Positions 18,865 through 27,904 of a DNA stretch of 64,000 nt are shown piece by piece. The DNA lies in assembly GCA_964291405.2 (NCBI GenBank), contig OZ219926.1, positions 832,001 to 896,000 of the forward strand, written 5' to 3'. The position numbers and the translations under genes were made by a program. The first letter of the stretch is position 1; the number at the start of each line of letters is the position of its first letter. This stretch comes from Thermodesulfobacteriota bacterium. GTDB taxonomy: Bacteria > Desulfobacterota > Binatia > Bin18. The notes under the pieces were generated by a model. It ran no database searches. It saw only the letters and a list, made by a program, of their open reading frames with translations, and was not told where the DNA came from.

Positions 18865-19512
18865 TTACGTTTTCGTGCTAGTGCGGTATTCGCCGATCAC
18901 TGTCTCTCCAGCCTTTACTCGTTGTCCGACGGCTATTTTCAACTCTACCTCTGTCGGACAATACACGTCCACCCGGGAGCCCAACATGATCATGCCGTAC
19001 CGGTCACCTTGTTGGACTTGTTCTCCGTCCGTCAGACGGCAGACAATGCGCCGGGCCAGCATACCAGCAATCTGGACCAGGACAACCCAGCGACCGTGGG
19101 TATCCTGAATACTGACCGCATTCTGCTCGTTGACCTCGGCGGCATCGGCGGCAAACGCAGCTCGAAATTTTCCCGGCTGATAGCGAATCCGGGTGACCTT
19201 TCCGGTCACCGGTACACGATTAACATGCACGTTGAGCGGAGACAGGAAGATGCCGACCCGAGAAGCAGGTTGCTCCGAGGCGTATTTGCCGCGTGCCAGC
19301 GGCTCAACCGTGATAACGCGTCCATCGGCAGGAGAGACAATCGCATCGGTTTCGCCAGGAATCTCACGATCAGGATCACGAAAGAAAAAGGCAATAAAGA
19401 GGGTTAGCCCAAGGAGAATCCAGCCAGAGAAGTGAAAGTCGAGCAGACCGAGCACGAGAGAGAGTGAGCCAGACCCGAAAATCCAGGGATATCCCTCACG
19501 CGCAAAATGCAT
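18865..19512 (-). CDS. psd: Phosphatidylserine decarboxylase proenzyme
   Basis: FFRDPDR, SPADG, HVNRVP, QIAGMLARRI, cleavage site LGSRVD. Confidence 0.94.
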   Translation of the reverse strand: MHFAREGYPWIFGSGSLSLVLGLLDFHFSGWILLGLTLFIAFFFRDPDREIPGETDAIVSPADGRVITVEPLARGKYASEQPASRVGIFLSPLNVHVNRVPVTGKVTRIRYQPGKFRAAFAADAAEVNEQNAVSIQDTHGRWVVLVQIAGMLARRIVCRLTDGEQVQQGDRYGMIMLGSRVDVYCPTEVELKIAVGQRVKAGETVIGEYRTSTKT

Positions 19513-19584
19513 AATCACAACACGGGAAGCGAAAAGAGGAGGCCACGCTCCCCTCCCCGCGTGTCTGCCCCGTCATGGCCCGAG

Positions 19585-20607
19585 TTAATTTTTCGCCTTA
19601 TCGACCAGCCTATCCTGCTGGAGCCAAGGCATCATACCGCGCAGATTGTCGCCGACAACTTCAGCCCTATGACTCGCGCCCTCTTTGCGCAGGGCGTTAA
19701 AGCGCGGCAAGCCAGACCGATATTCATTCATCCATTCGTCGGCGAATTTTCCAGACTGAATATCAGCCAGGATATGCTTCATCGCTGCACGGGTTTCGTC
19801 TCCAATGACTCGTTTACCACGGGTCATATCTCCAAACTCGGCCGTATTGCTGATGGAATAGCGCATATTCGTGATCCCACCTTCGTAGATGAGGTCCACG
19901 ATCAGCTTCATTTCGTGCAGGCACTCAAAATACGCCATCTCCGGCGCATAGCCGGCATCAACCAGGGTCTCAAAGCCGGCCCGCATGAGTTCGGTTACCC
20001 CACCGCACAGGACGGTCTGTTCCCCAAACAGATCGGTCTCGGTCTCTTCTTTGAACGAGGTCTCTAAAATCGCAGCGCGTCCCCCACCGATGGCCGACGC
20101 GTAGGCCATGGCCACCGGCTTGGTATCCCCGGACGGGTCTTGCGCCATCGCGATCAGGCAGGGCACACCACGGCCTTTCTCAAATTCACTCCGGACGAGA
20201 TGGCCGGGACCTTTGGGAGCGACCATGAAAACGTTCACCTCTTCGGGCGGAACGATTTTCTTGAAGTGGATATTAAATCCGTGCGCACAAGCGAGGTATT
20301 TCCCGGCTTTGAGACCGGCTTTGATGTCAGATTCATACATCTCGCTGGCGACCTCGTCGGGTGTCAGGATCATGATGATATCGGCGTCAGCCGAGGCTGC
20401 TCCAACCTCCTGGACCACAAAGCCGGCCTCCTCGGCCTTTTTCCAGGAGCCGCTGTCTTTCCGCAGCCCAATCCGGACGTCCATCCCGGAGTCACGCAGG
20501 TTGAGGGCATGGGCGTGGCCCTGGCTGCCGTATCCGACAATGACGATTTTCTTTCCCGTGAGCAGGGATAAGTCGGCATCGTTGTCATAATAAATATTCA
20601 TGCTCAT
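19585..20607 (-). CDS. ilvC: Ketol-acid reductoisomerase
   Basis: [47 protein letters not shown]. Confidence 0.97.
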   Translation of the reverse strand: MSMNIYYDNDADLSLLTGKKIVIVGYGSQGHAHALNLRDSGMDVRIGLRKDSGSWKKAEEAGFVVQEVGAASADADIIMILTPDEVASEMYESDIKAGLKAGKYLACAHGFNIHFKKIVPPEEVNVFMVAPKGPGHLVRSEFEKGRGVPCLIAMAQDPSGDTKPVAMAYASAIGGGRAAILETSFKEETETDLFGEQTVLCGGVTELMRAGFETLVDAGYAPEMAYFECLHEMKLIVDLIYEGGITNMRYSISNTAEFGDMTRGKRVIGDETRAAMKHILADIQSGKFADEWMNEYRSGLPRFNALRKEGASHRAEVVGDNLRGMMPWLQQDRLVDKAKN

Positions 20608-20680
20608 GCTATTTACTCCTTTTGTCTTTTCCTCCTGAGCCCTTTCGTCTGCACTCGTGACGAAGGGCCTCTGGATTCTC

Positions 20681-21223
20681 CTAGCGCAGCCGACGTACCT
20701 TCCGCTGCTGCTCTAGTGTGTTGTCCGCAGTCGTTGCTGAGAGTGTCTGAAGCCCGCGCTGAACAGCGACTTTTCCGGTTCGCACGATCTCCTTTATGCC
20801 CAGCGGCTTGAGCAAATCCAAGATGGCAGTAATCTTCCCCTCATCGCCGGTCACTTCAATCACAAAGGAGCGTGGCCCAGCGTCAATCACTTTGGCTCGG
20901 AAGATATTGATGATATTCAGGATTTCGCCGCGTGTGCGTTCGTCTGCCGCAACCTTGATGAGCGCCATCTCACGTTCCACGTGAGGTGTGTCTTGGAAGT
21001 CACTGACCTTGATGACGCAGATCAGTTTATTGAGCTGTTTCGTGATCTGCTCGACAATCTGATCGTCGCCTTCCGTGACGAGCGTGATACGGGATAATGA
21101 TGGGTCCAGGGTCTTTGCCACGCTCAGGCTATCAATATTGAAGCCACGGCCACTAAAAAGTCCGGCGACCCGAGCGAGAACGCCGAATTCATTCTCAACT
21201 AAGATGGAGATTGTATGACGCAT
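20681..21223 (-). CDS. ilvN: Acetolactate synthase small (regulatory) subunit
   Basis: [52 protein letters not shown]. Confidence 0.95.
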   Translation of the reverse strand: MRHTISILVENEFGVLARVAGLFSGRGFNIDSLSVAKTLDPSLSRITLVTEGDDQIVEQITKQLNKLICVIKVSDFQDTPHVEREMALIKVAADERTRGEILNIINIFRAKVIDAGPRSFVIEVTGDEGKITAILDLLKPLGIKEIVRTGKVAVQRGLQTLSATTADNTLEQQRKVRRLR

Positions 21224-21343
21224 AAATCCTGTTGCTCAATGAGCTTCTGAGAAGGAAACGTTTAACCGGGCGACGCCCCAGCCATACGAACGGGGTTGAG
21301 GTACTCCCAGGCGAGTCGAAACCGTGGACGCAGCGATCCTCGG

Positions 21344-21574
21344 TTATGCTGCTTGTCGTTTGTGGCGGGCGAGGATTTCCATGATGCGATCTTTACCCGC
21401 TAGTTTTTGTTTTTGAATCGTTTTTTCTTCGACCTCTTCTTCTTCAGTCAGGAAGGGTTTTGCCCTGAGTTCTTGAAGGCGCTGTTTGAGTTGAGCGTGT
21501 TCCTCATAGTGGCGGCGCAGTTCGGGGTCAGTATCGAGCAGGGAACGGATCAACTCTTCTTCTTTGACATCCAT
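21344..21574 (-). CDS. DUF465/YdcH family coiled-coil protein
   Basis: ELRRHYEEH...LTEEEE...KQKLAGKDRI; strong RBS AGGAGG. Confidence 0.85.
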   Translation of the reverse strand: MDVKEEELIRSLLDTDPELRRHYEEHAQLKQRLQELRAKPFLTEEEEVEEKTIQKQKLAGKDRIMEILARHKRQAA

Positions 21575-21693
21575 AAGTAACCCTCCTGAAAATGAAAGGA
21601 AAGAGAACTCTAGTATAGCCCGAGTGAGGTTGTCAATGTCTCATCTCGTGCCCGGCGGACAGGCGGAGGCTCTCCGCCGGGGCTTGCATATGT

Positions 21694-23781
21694 TTAATGA
21701 CTGGCTTCCTCTTTCGCCTGCTTACTCTCTTGAATGATTTTTTCCGTTAAATGATGCGGCACTTCCTCGTAGTGCGAAAAACCAACCTCAAAGGTACCGC
21801 GTCCACTGGTCATAGACCGGAGATCAGGCGCATAGGTTAATATCTCAGCCATGGGAACGGAGGCCTTAATGATCTGATTGTTGCCCTTGGCGTCGACACT
21901 CACGAGTCTGCCACGTCGCCGGTTAATATCACCACTGATATCACCCATATATTCCTCTGGCACAGTGATATCGAGGTGCATAATGGGCTCCAGCAACACC
22001 GGCTTCGCCTTTTCCAGCGCGTGTTGGATACCAATAGAGCCGGCAATCTGAAACGCCATGTCCGAGGAGTCCACCTCGTGGTAGGAGCCGTCATACAGCA
22101 CCACCTGGACATCCACGATGGGATAGCCGGCTAGAAACCCTTTGCCCAGGGCGTCGACTACACCTTTTTGCACTGACGGAATATATTGACGCGGAATCGC
22201 GCCGCCTCTTATTTCGTTGACGAATTCAAAACCCGCACCACGGGTGAGAGGTCCGACTCGCAGCCAGGTATCGCCAAACTGGCCTCGCCCACCCGATTGT
22301 TTCTTCAAGCGGCCCTGGGCCTCCGTTCTGCCGGTAATGGTTTCACGATACGGCACCTTGGGCGCTTTCAGCTCCACGTCAACGCCGTATTTCCGCTTCA
22401 GTTTTTCGACCACCACTTCAATATGAAGTTGGCCGGCACCGGAAATGAGGATCTCGTTGGACTGTTGGTCCCGGTCCACCTTGAGGGCCGGATCCTCCTC
22501 GTTGAGGCGGTCCAGAGAGGTCATAATCTTTTCTTCGTCGCCGCGAGACTTGAGCCCCAGGGCGAACGAGATGGCCGGATTGAATTCGACCAGCGGAGGC
22601 AAGAGAGTGGGATTTTTGTCGTCGCACAGCGTATCGCCGGTATGCGTCTCTTTGAGCTTGGCCACACCGATGATATCGCCCGGCAATGCCGTGGCCACGG
22701 GTTCCTGCTTTTTGCCCTTCAGATGGAACAACTGGCCGAGACGTTCTTTGGCATCACGGGTCGCATTATACACGACCGAGTCACTCTCCACCTTTCCAGA
22801 AATCACATGGAAGAGCGCCAGTTTGCCCGCTTGTGAGTCAACCGTCTTAAACACCCGGGCGGTAAACGGCGCGCTCGGGTCAGGACTGCGCTCAACTTCC
22901 TCATGGGTTTTCGGGTCGGTAGCGGCCATACCCGGACGGGAGGCCGGAGAGGGAAGCAGGTCAACCATGGCGTTCAACACCGGCTGGATGCCCAGAGTCT
23001 GGCTCCCGGAGAGACACAGTACGGGAAAAATCTGGGAGGCCGCCACACCTGCACTCAATCCCTGGGTAATGTCTTCCGCGCTCAACTCCTCGCCCTCAAG
23101 ATAGCGTGTCAGGAGATCGTCGTCTGTTTCGGCAACTGCCTCAATCAATTTTTCACGATAGTCATCCGCTTGACCTTGGAGGTCATCGGGAATGGCCTCG
23201 GCCGTGACTTCGCCCTTATCGCCTTGAAACATCAGGGCTTTCATAGACAACAGATCCACTACCCCCCGAAAGCCAGCCTGAGAGCCAACCGGAATGTGAA
23301 TCGGGGTCAGGGTGGTCTCAAGCGTACTATTCAGGGCATCGATAGCCGCGCCGAATTCCCCCTCCTCGCGGTCCATCCGGGATAGACAGACGATGCGAGG
23401 AAGCTGCAGGTCCTTGGCCCAATTCCACAGCCGTTCAGTCTCGACCTTGAGTTGGCCGGCTGGGCCGGCGATGAAGAGGGCTCCGCTCATCGCCTCCATG
23501 GCATAGCGTGTGTCCGGTAAAAAGTTCGCATATCCAGGCGGGTCAACCAAACAGATGTCGTGCTTCTTCCAGTGCAGCGTATGGAAGGCCGTGGAGAGGG
23601 TGGTTTTTCGGCGCATTTCCTCGGGCTCAAAGTCGAACACCGAGCTTTCATCCTCCACCCGTCCCTGACGGGTAGTCTCGCCAGCGGCGTACAAGAGCGC
23701 TTCCCCCAGGGTCGTCTTCCCGGCCCCACCTTCAGCGAGTAGTCCAATGGTTCGGATGCGATGGATATCATCAGCAGCCAT
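21694..23781 (-). CDS. fusA: Elongation factor G paralogue (EF-G2), divergent
   Basis: Five-domain EF-G architecture (GAGKTT, PEEMRR, GQLHIEV, VPYRETI, KKQSGGRGQFG, DGSYHEVDSS, LLEPI). It lies outside the str operon and its G-motifs are altered. Confidence 0.9.
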   Translation of the reverse strand: MAADDIHRIRTIGLLAEGGAGKTTLGEALLYAAGETTRQGRVEDESSVFDFEPEEMRRKTTLSTAFHTLHWKKHDICLVDPPGYANFLPDTRYAMEAMSGALFIAGPAGQLKVETERLWNWAKDLQLPRIVCLSRMDREEGEFGAAIDALNSTLETTLTPIHIPVGSQAGFRGVVDLLSMKALMFQGDKGEVTAEAIPDDLQGQADDYREKLIEAVAETDDDLLTRYLEGEELSAEDITQGLSAGVAASQIFPVLCLSGSQTLGIQPVLNAMVDLLPSPASRPGMAATDPKTHEEVERSPDPSAPFTARVFKTVDSQAGKLALFHVISGKVESDSVVYNATRDAKERLGQLFHLKGKKQEPVATALPGDIIGVAKLKETHTGDTLCDDKNPTLLPPLVEFNPAISFALGLKSRGDEEKIMTSLDRLNEEDPALKVDRDQQSNEILISGAGQLHIEVVVEKLKRKYGVDVELKAPKVPYRETITGRTEAQGRLKKQSGGRGQFGDTWLRVGPLTRGAGFEFVNEIRGGAIPRQYIPSVQKGVVDALGKGFLAGYPIVDVQVVLYDGSYHEVDSSDMAFQIAGSIGIQHALEKAKPVLLEPIMHLDITVPEEYMGDISGDINRRRGRLVSVDAKGNNQIIKASVPMAEILTYAPDLRSMTSGRGTFEVGFSHYEEVPHHLTEKIIQESKQAKEEASH

Positions 23782-23861
23782 ATTTCCCTCCTTCATGGAA
23801 GCGTGGCACGATCTGCGTTACTGCGTTGCGTCACAGTCGTCTTCATATCGCATCTACGCTC

Positions 23862-24626
23862 TTAATGATTTCGTTCATACAGAATACGCAGGCCCTCCAG
23901 GGTCACGAACTCATCGACCTCCTCAATGGTTCGTGATTCTGCCGCGATCAGCTGGGCAAATCCACCCGTGGCGATCACGTGGGCCTGCGCGCCATTTTCA
24001 TGCTGAATACGCTCTACCATCCCGTCAACCAGAGCCGTGTAGCCATAATAGATACCAGATTGGATGGCGTTAACCGTATTGCGGCCAACAATCTTGGGCG
24101 GCTTAACCATTTCCACCCGGTAGAGTTTGGCCGTTTTGTGAAAAAGCGCATCCAGGGAAATCCCCACCCCTGGGACAATAGCCCCCCCCAGGTATTCTCC
24201 GGCTTGCGTCACATAGTCAAAGGTTGTGGCGGTCCCAAAATCGACAATAATCGTGGCGGTCCGGTAGCGTTCATAGGCTGCCACCGCATTCACGATCCGG
24301 TCGGCCCCAACCTCTCGAGGGTTGTCATACAGGATCGGCATCCCGGTCTTGATGCCTGGGCCGACAATGAGAGGAGTCAGCTGAAAATACGTCTGGGCGA
24401 GGTCTTCGAGCGTTTTCACCATTGCCGGCACAACGCTCGACGCAATAATACCGGTCACACAAGAGAGGCTGAGTCCGCGAGCGGTAAACAGGCTTTGCAA
24501 CAATACCCCATACTCGTCTGCCGTTCGCTCCGCCTCGGTCACAAAGCGCCAGTGATAGGCGAGGTCTTGCGTGTCGTAGAGACCAGCGACCGTATGCGTA
24601 TTCCCCACATCAACGGCGAGTATCAT
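23862..24626 (-). CDS. coaX: Type III pantothenate kinase
   Basis: [40 protein letters not shown]. Confidence 0.95.
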   Translation of the reverse strand: MILAVDVGNTHTVAGLYDTQDLAYHWRFVTEAERTADEYGVLLQSLFTARGLSLSCVTGIIASSVVPAMVKTLEDLAQTYFQLTPLIVGPGIKTGMPILYDNPREVGADRIVNAVAAYERYRTATIIVDFGTATTFDYVTQAGEYLGGAIVPGVGISLDALFHKTAKLYRVEMVKPPKIVGRNTVNAIQSGIYYGYTALVDGMVERIQHENGAQAHVIATGGFAQLIAAESRTIEEVDEFVTLEGLRILYERNH

Positions 24627-24641
24627 GGGCGTCCACTTCGA

Positions 24642-25508
24642 TCAGTTCACTGTGTCCGTCTTTCGATAGCCATCAACCACGGTCACATCACCGGCCAGAA
24701 TACGCTGGACGCGAGGGGACGGCCTCTCCTGCCCTTCCGGAGCCACGGATTCAACCAAGAGTGCACCGTCCCGATCAATACCACGCACCGTCCCTGAGAT
24801 TATCCCTTCAGGCGCTGTCACCGTGATCGACTTTCCCAGCAACTCAGACGCATAGCCTTCCCAGGCTGCACCTACTACCGGGAATCCTTTTTCTAGCCAC
24901 AGAACGTATAATTTCTCAAGATGGGTCAGCAAACTGACAGTAAACGCCACCCGGTCAACCGGCTCCCCACGCATCAGGGAGAGCGAAGAGGCCTTATCCT
25001 GTAACTCTTCAGGAAATGACGAGAGCGGGGCATTAATATTGATTCCGATACCGACAATGACGGACCTGAGCTGCGAGCCGTTTGCCTGCATCTCAGTCAG
25101 GATACCGCACACTTTTTTCCCCGAGACCAGGACATCGTTAGGCCATTTTATGGAGGGCACCAACTGCGTCTGTTGGACGATGGCTTCGGCCACTGCCACG
25201 GAGGCCAGCAGACTTAATTGTGGTGCGGCTGAGGTAGGTTTCCGGGGGCGGAGAATGACCGACAGATAGAGGTTTACTCCGGGCGGCGAAACCCAACTCC
25301 GCCCCAAGCGGCCCTTACCGCCAGTCTGCGCATCAGCAATCACAACCGTTCCCTCGGCTGCATCCTCTCGGGCTAGTCTGGCAGCCGACGTATTGGTGGA
25401 ATCGATAGTATCAAAAAAATGCAGCGGGCGACCGAGCAGCCGCGGCACCGGTTGGGACAACTGAGACATAAGGGCTATCTCAAAGCTGTGGTCAGGCAGG
25501 TCGTCCAT
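24642..25508 (-). CDS. birA: Biotin-protein ligase (no N-terminal HTH)
   Basis: IDSTN, QTGGKGRLGRSW, IKWPND, KVCGIL, GIGININ; start uncertain. Confidence 0.92.
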   Translation of the reverse strand: MDDLPDHSFEIALMSQLSQPVPRLLGRPLHFFDTIDSTNTSAARLAREDAAEGTVVIADAQTGGKGRLGRSWVSPPGVNLYLSVILRPRKPTSAAPQLSLLASVAVAEAIVQQTQLVPSIKWPNDVLVSGKKVCGILTEMQANGSQLRSVIVGIGININAPLSSFPEELQDKASSLSLMRGEPVDRVAFTVSLLTHLEKLYVLWLEKGFPVVGAAWEGYASELLGKSITVTAPEGIISGTVRGIDRDGALLVESVAPEGQERPSPRVQRILAGDVTVVDGYRKTDTVN

Positions 25509-25524
25509 GAGAGCGTTCCAGACC

Positions 25525-26380
25525 CTACGACCCCGATTCACAGGTCACAGCCATGCTTAGGTCTGCGGCTGGAGTTGAATGGGTCAGGGCACCGACCGAG
25601 ATAAAATCCACCCCTGTTTCCGCCACTTCCCGCACGCGCGCCAGCAATATGTTGCCCGAGGCTTCAACCAGGGCCCGTCCGCGTATCAGGTGCACGGCCT
25701 CGGTCATCTGGGCGGTGGTCATATTATCCAGCAGGATGATGTCGGCCTGGGCGTCGAGCGCTTCCTCGACCTCAGCCAGAGTTGTGCATTCCACTTCGAT
25801 ACGCAGCCAGGTTGACGCCTGACTCCGCGCCTGGCGGACCGCAGCACCCACCCCACCACAGACGGCAATGTGGTTATCTTTAATCAACACTCCGTCGTCC
25901 AGCCCGAGCCGATGATTTCTTCCCCCACCCTGGACAACCGCATATTTATCCAGCAGGCGCAGGCCGGGTAGGGTTTTTCGAGTATCAATAATGGTGCAGT
26001 GGGTCCCGGCCACAGCCTCAACAAATTTTCGAGTCAGGGTCGCCACCCCGGAGAGGTGTTGCAGAAAATTGAGCAAAGTCCGCTCCGCAGTAAGCAGCCC
26101 GGCGGCCTGTCCTCGCACCCTCGGCAACAACCGTTCCGACCGGAACCTGTCTCCCCTCTTGCACGAGTAACCGCACCTCAGCCGTTTTATCCGTCTGCGC
26201 CAGAACCATTGCAATGAGTGGTAGTCCTGCCAGCACAACATCGGCCTTGGCCGTAATTTTTCCATGCGCCGCCTGGTTGATGGGAATCGTCGCTCGTGTG
26301 GTCGCATCGCCCCGACCCACGTCCTCTTCCAGCGCGAGGCGAATCAGCCGGTCCACAGCCGGATGGTCAAACGGATACAT
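25525..26380 (-). CDS. nadC: Nicotinate-nucleotide pyrophosphorylase (QPRTase) with a +1 frameshift at about 26118-26120
   Basis: N-terminal ALEEDVGRGDATT is in one frame; AERTLLNFLQHLSGVAT, DTRKTLPG, NHRLGL, IKDNH, LLDNM, EASG, SVGALTHS are in another. Removing one G from GAGGGTG joins them (AEVRGQAAG). Confidence 0.9.
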
Positions 26381-26490
26381 GGACTAGGAATGTATATAGC
26401 CGGAGAGGCTGAAACAAGGTGAGAGTGTGCCGAGCCCTCGTGCCGGGTGGGCAACAGACGTCAGGGAATCTTTATAGTAATGCTCGTCGC

Positions 26491-27078
26491 CTAAACCTCT
26501 GCAGACTCCTCGTACTCCGCGATAATCGTATCGTTCATATGGGAAAGATGCCGCGTCTCTCCCAAAGAATTAATCGAGTCATATGAGAGGAACGAGCACT
26601 GTTCGTATTCGGTGAGTGGATAACTCCTCGGTGTATCTTTCTGCTCCTTTAGCAACCCCACTAAATAACTCCCATCCTCGTCTTCAAATTTATTAAGAGA
26701 GCCGCGGAAGAATCCGGTCCAGGAACTATGTCCCCTTTCGTACTGATTCGTGATGGATAACATCTTCCAGACCTTGTCCTCATAGATAGGTATCGCCAAA
26801 TCGGGCTCCAGAACGACAATTGGCTCAACCCTAAAGCGAATCGTGAAAGGATCTGGGTCATCAAAAATTGGGCTATCATCGTGGTAGGTCTCAGATTGAA
26901 CCTGAAGCGCTCCACACCACCGTGACAAGCGAGTCAAGTAACAGAGGAAGATGTCCCCGGGGCTAACTCGCTCACCCGCCAAGCGTCTATGTCGTTCCCG
27001 GAAGCCAGTGACATCTGCGCCATTCTCTCGGAAGGCGAACCACGTCTCAGGTGTAAACAGATCTAAGAAATATGCCAC
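26491..27078 (-). CDS. EVE (PUA-superfamily) domain protein, apparently an internally deleted EVE-nuclease
   Basis: MAYFLDLFTPETW...PGDIFLCYLTRLSRWCGAL...RFRVEP...WTGFFRGSL; AT-richer than its flanks; RBS AAGGAGGT. Confidence 0.75.
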   Translation of the reverse strand: MAYFLDLFTPETWFAFRENGADVTGFRERHRRLAGERVSPGDIFLCYLTRLSRWCGALQVQSETYHDDSPIFDDPDPFTIRFRVEPIVVLEPDLAIPIYEDKVWKMLSITNQYERGHSSWTGFFRGSLNKFEDEDGSYLVGLLKEQKDTPRSYPLTEYEQCSFLSYDSINSLGETRHLSHMNDTIIAEYEESAEV

Positions 27079-27188
27079 ATGACCTCCTTCGTAACGAACG
27101 AGTGAGACGGCAAGGTTGGAAGAGAAATTTTCAGGTGTCCTCTGACGCGCTCTCGGTTGAGGTGTGTCAGCATCCAGACCGCCTAGCT

Positions 27189-27584
27189 TCAGAGTTGTCT
27201 GATATTCGGCAGGGTGGCCATCCTGCGGTCCAGCGTCAGCACTCGCAGGTCAGCGCGGGAGTAATCGTCAGCAATGAGGCGATCGAACAGACCGGGGCCA
27301 CCAGACGCTTCCAGGGCCTCAATAACGGCTCGCCCGTTGAGAGGGGCGACCAAGCCGCTGGTCAGTGCTCTTGACAACTCCGAACGGGCCTCGGTCTCAG
27401 ATACGTCGTAGTGGTGCTGGACCGCAACGTAGGCTTCTCCGATAACTTGATTCGATGCGAATATCTCTGCGCCGCTGACAACGAGTGCATTCAACCGTTC
27501 CACACAGTGCTCAAATGCGTCGGGAGGCTCACCGGTGATCAGCCTTACGAGCACCGAGGTGTCAATCCCGTAGCGCAGGTCCAT
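27189..27584 (-). CDS. PIN-domain (VapC-like) toxin
   Basis: GIDTSVLVR, VIGEAY, GLFDRLI, LTLDRR acidic PIN residues; overlaps the antitoxin. Confidence 0.88.
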   Translation of the reverse strand: MDLRYGIDTSVLVRLITGEPPDAFEHCVERLNALVVSGAEIFASNQVIGEAYVAVQHHYDVSETEARSELSRALTSGLVAPLNGRAVIEALEASGGPGLFDRLIADDYSRADLRVLTLDRRMATLPNIRQL

Positions 27585-27813
27585 GTCCTTGTTCCCGTTG
27601 GTCTCGGAACTTGCGGATGTCGAACGGTGGATGTCCGGGTGGAATCTTGTCGCGAAGCCCCCCGAGCCGAGACAAATCTATCCGCCGCGGCCGCAGAATG
27701 AAGCCGTCAGGGCCTTCTTCCAGTTCGAGTTGGTCGCCTGGGCCCACGCCGAGCGCGTCCAGCACCCTCGCCGGGAAAGTCACCTGGCGCTTTGATGTGA
27801 TCTTTACAACCAT
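27562..27813 (-). CDS. AbrB/MazE/SpoVT-family antitoxin
   Basis: MVVKITSKRQVTFPARVLDALGVGPGDQL; ATG at 27813. Confidence 0.9.
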   Translation of the reverse strand: MVVKITSKRQVTFPARVLDALGVGPGDQLELEEGPDGFILRPRRIDLSRLGGLRDKIPPGHPPFDIRKFRDQREQGHGPALRD

Positions 27814-27819
27814 ATCATC

Positions 27820-27852
27820 TCTCCTTACAAAAAATATACATAAGTAAGGAGA
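27820..27852. promoter_or_regulatory. Palindromic operator upstream of the AbrB-PIN pair
   Basis: Perfect 9-bp inverted repeat TCTCCTTAC-N15-GTAAGGAGA with an AT-rich spacer, overlapping the RBS. Confidence 0.7.
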
Positions 27853-27904
27853 AATGATCAAGCGATGTATCTATCGCAGCCTGACGTAAGGGAGCATCAA
27901 GCGT

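Noticed and set aside
27080-27190. Integron attC site between the PIN and EVE genes
   Set aside because: A hairpin is present, but there are no convincing RYYYAAC/GTTRRRY boxes and no integron integrase.
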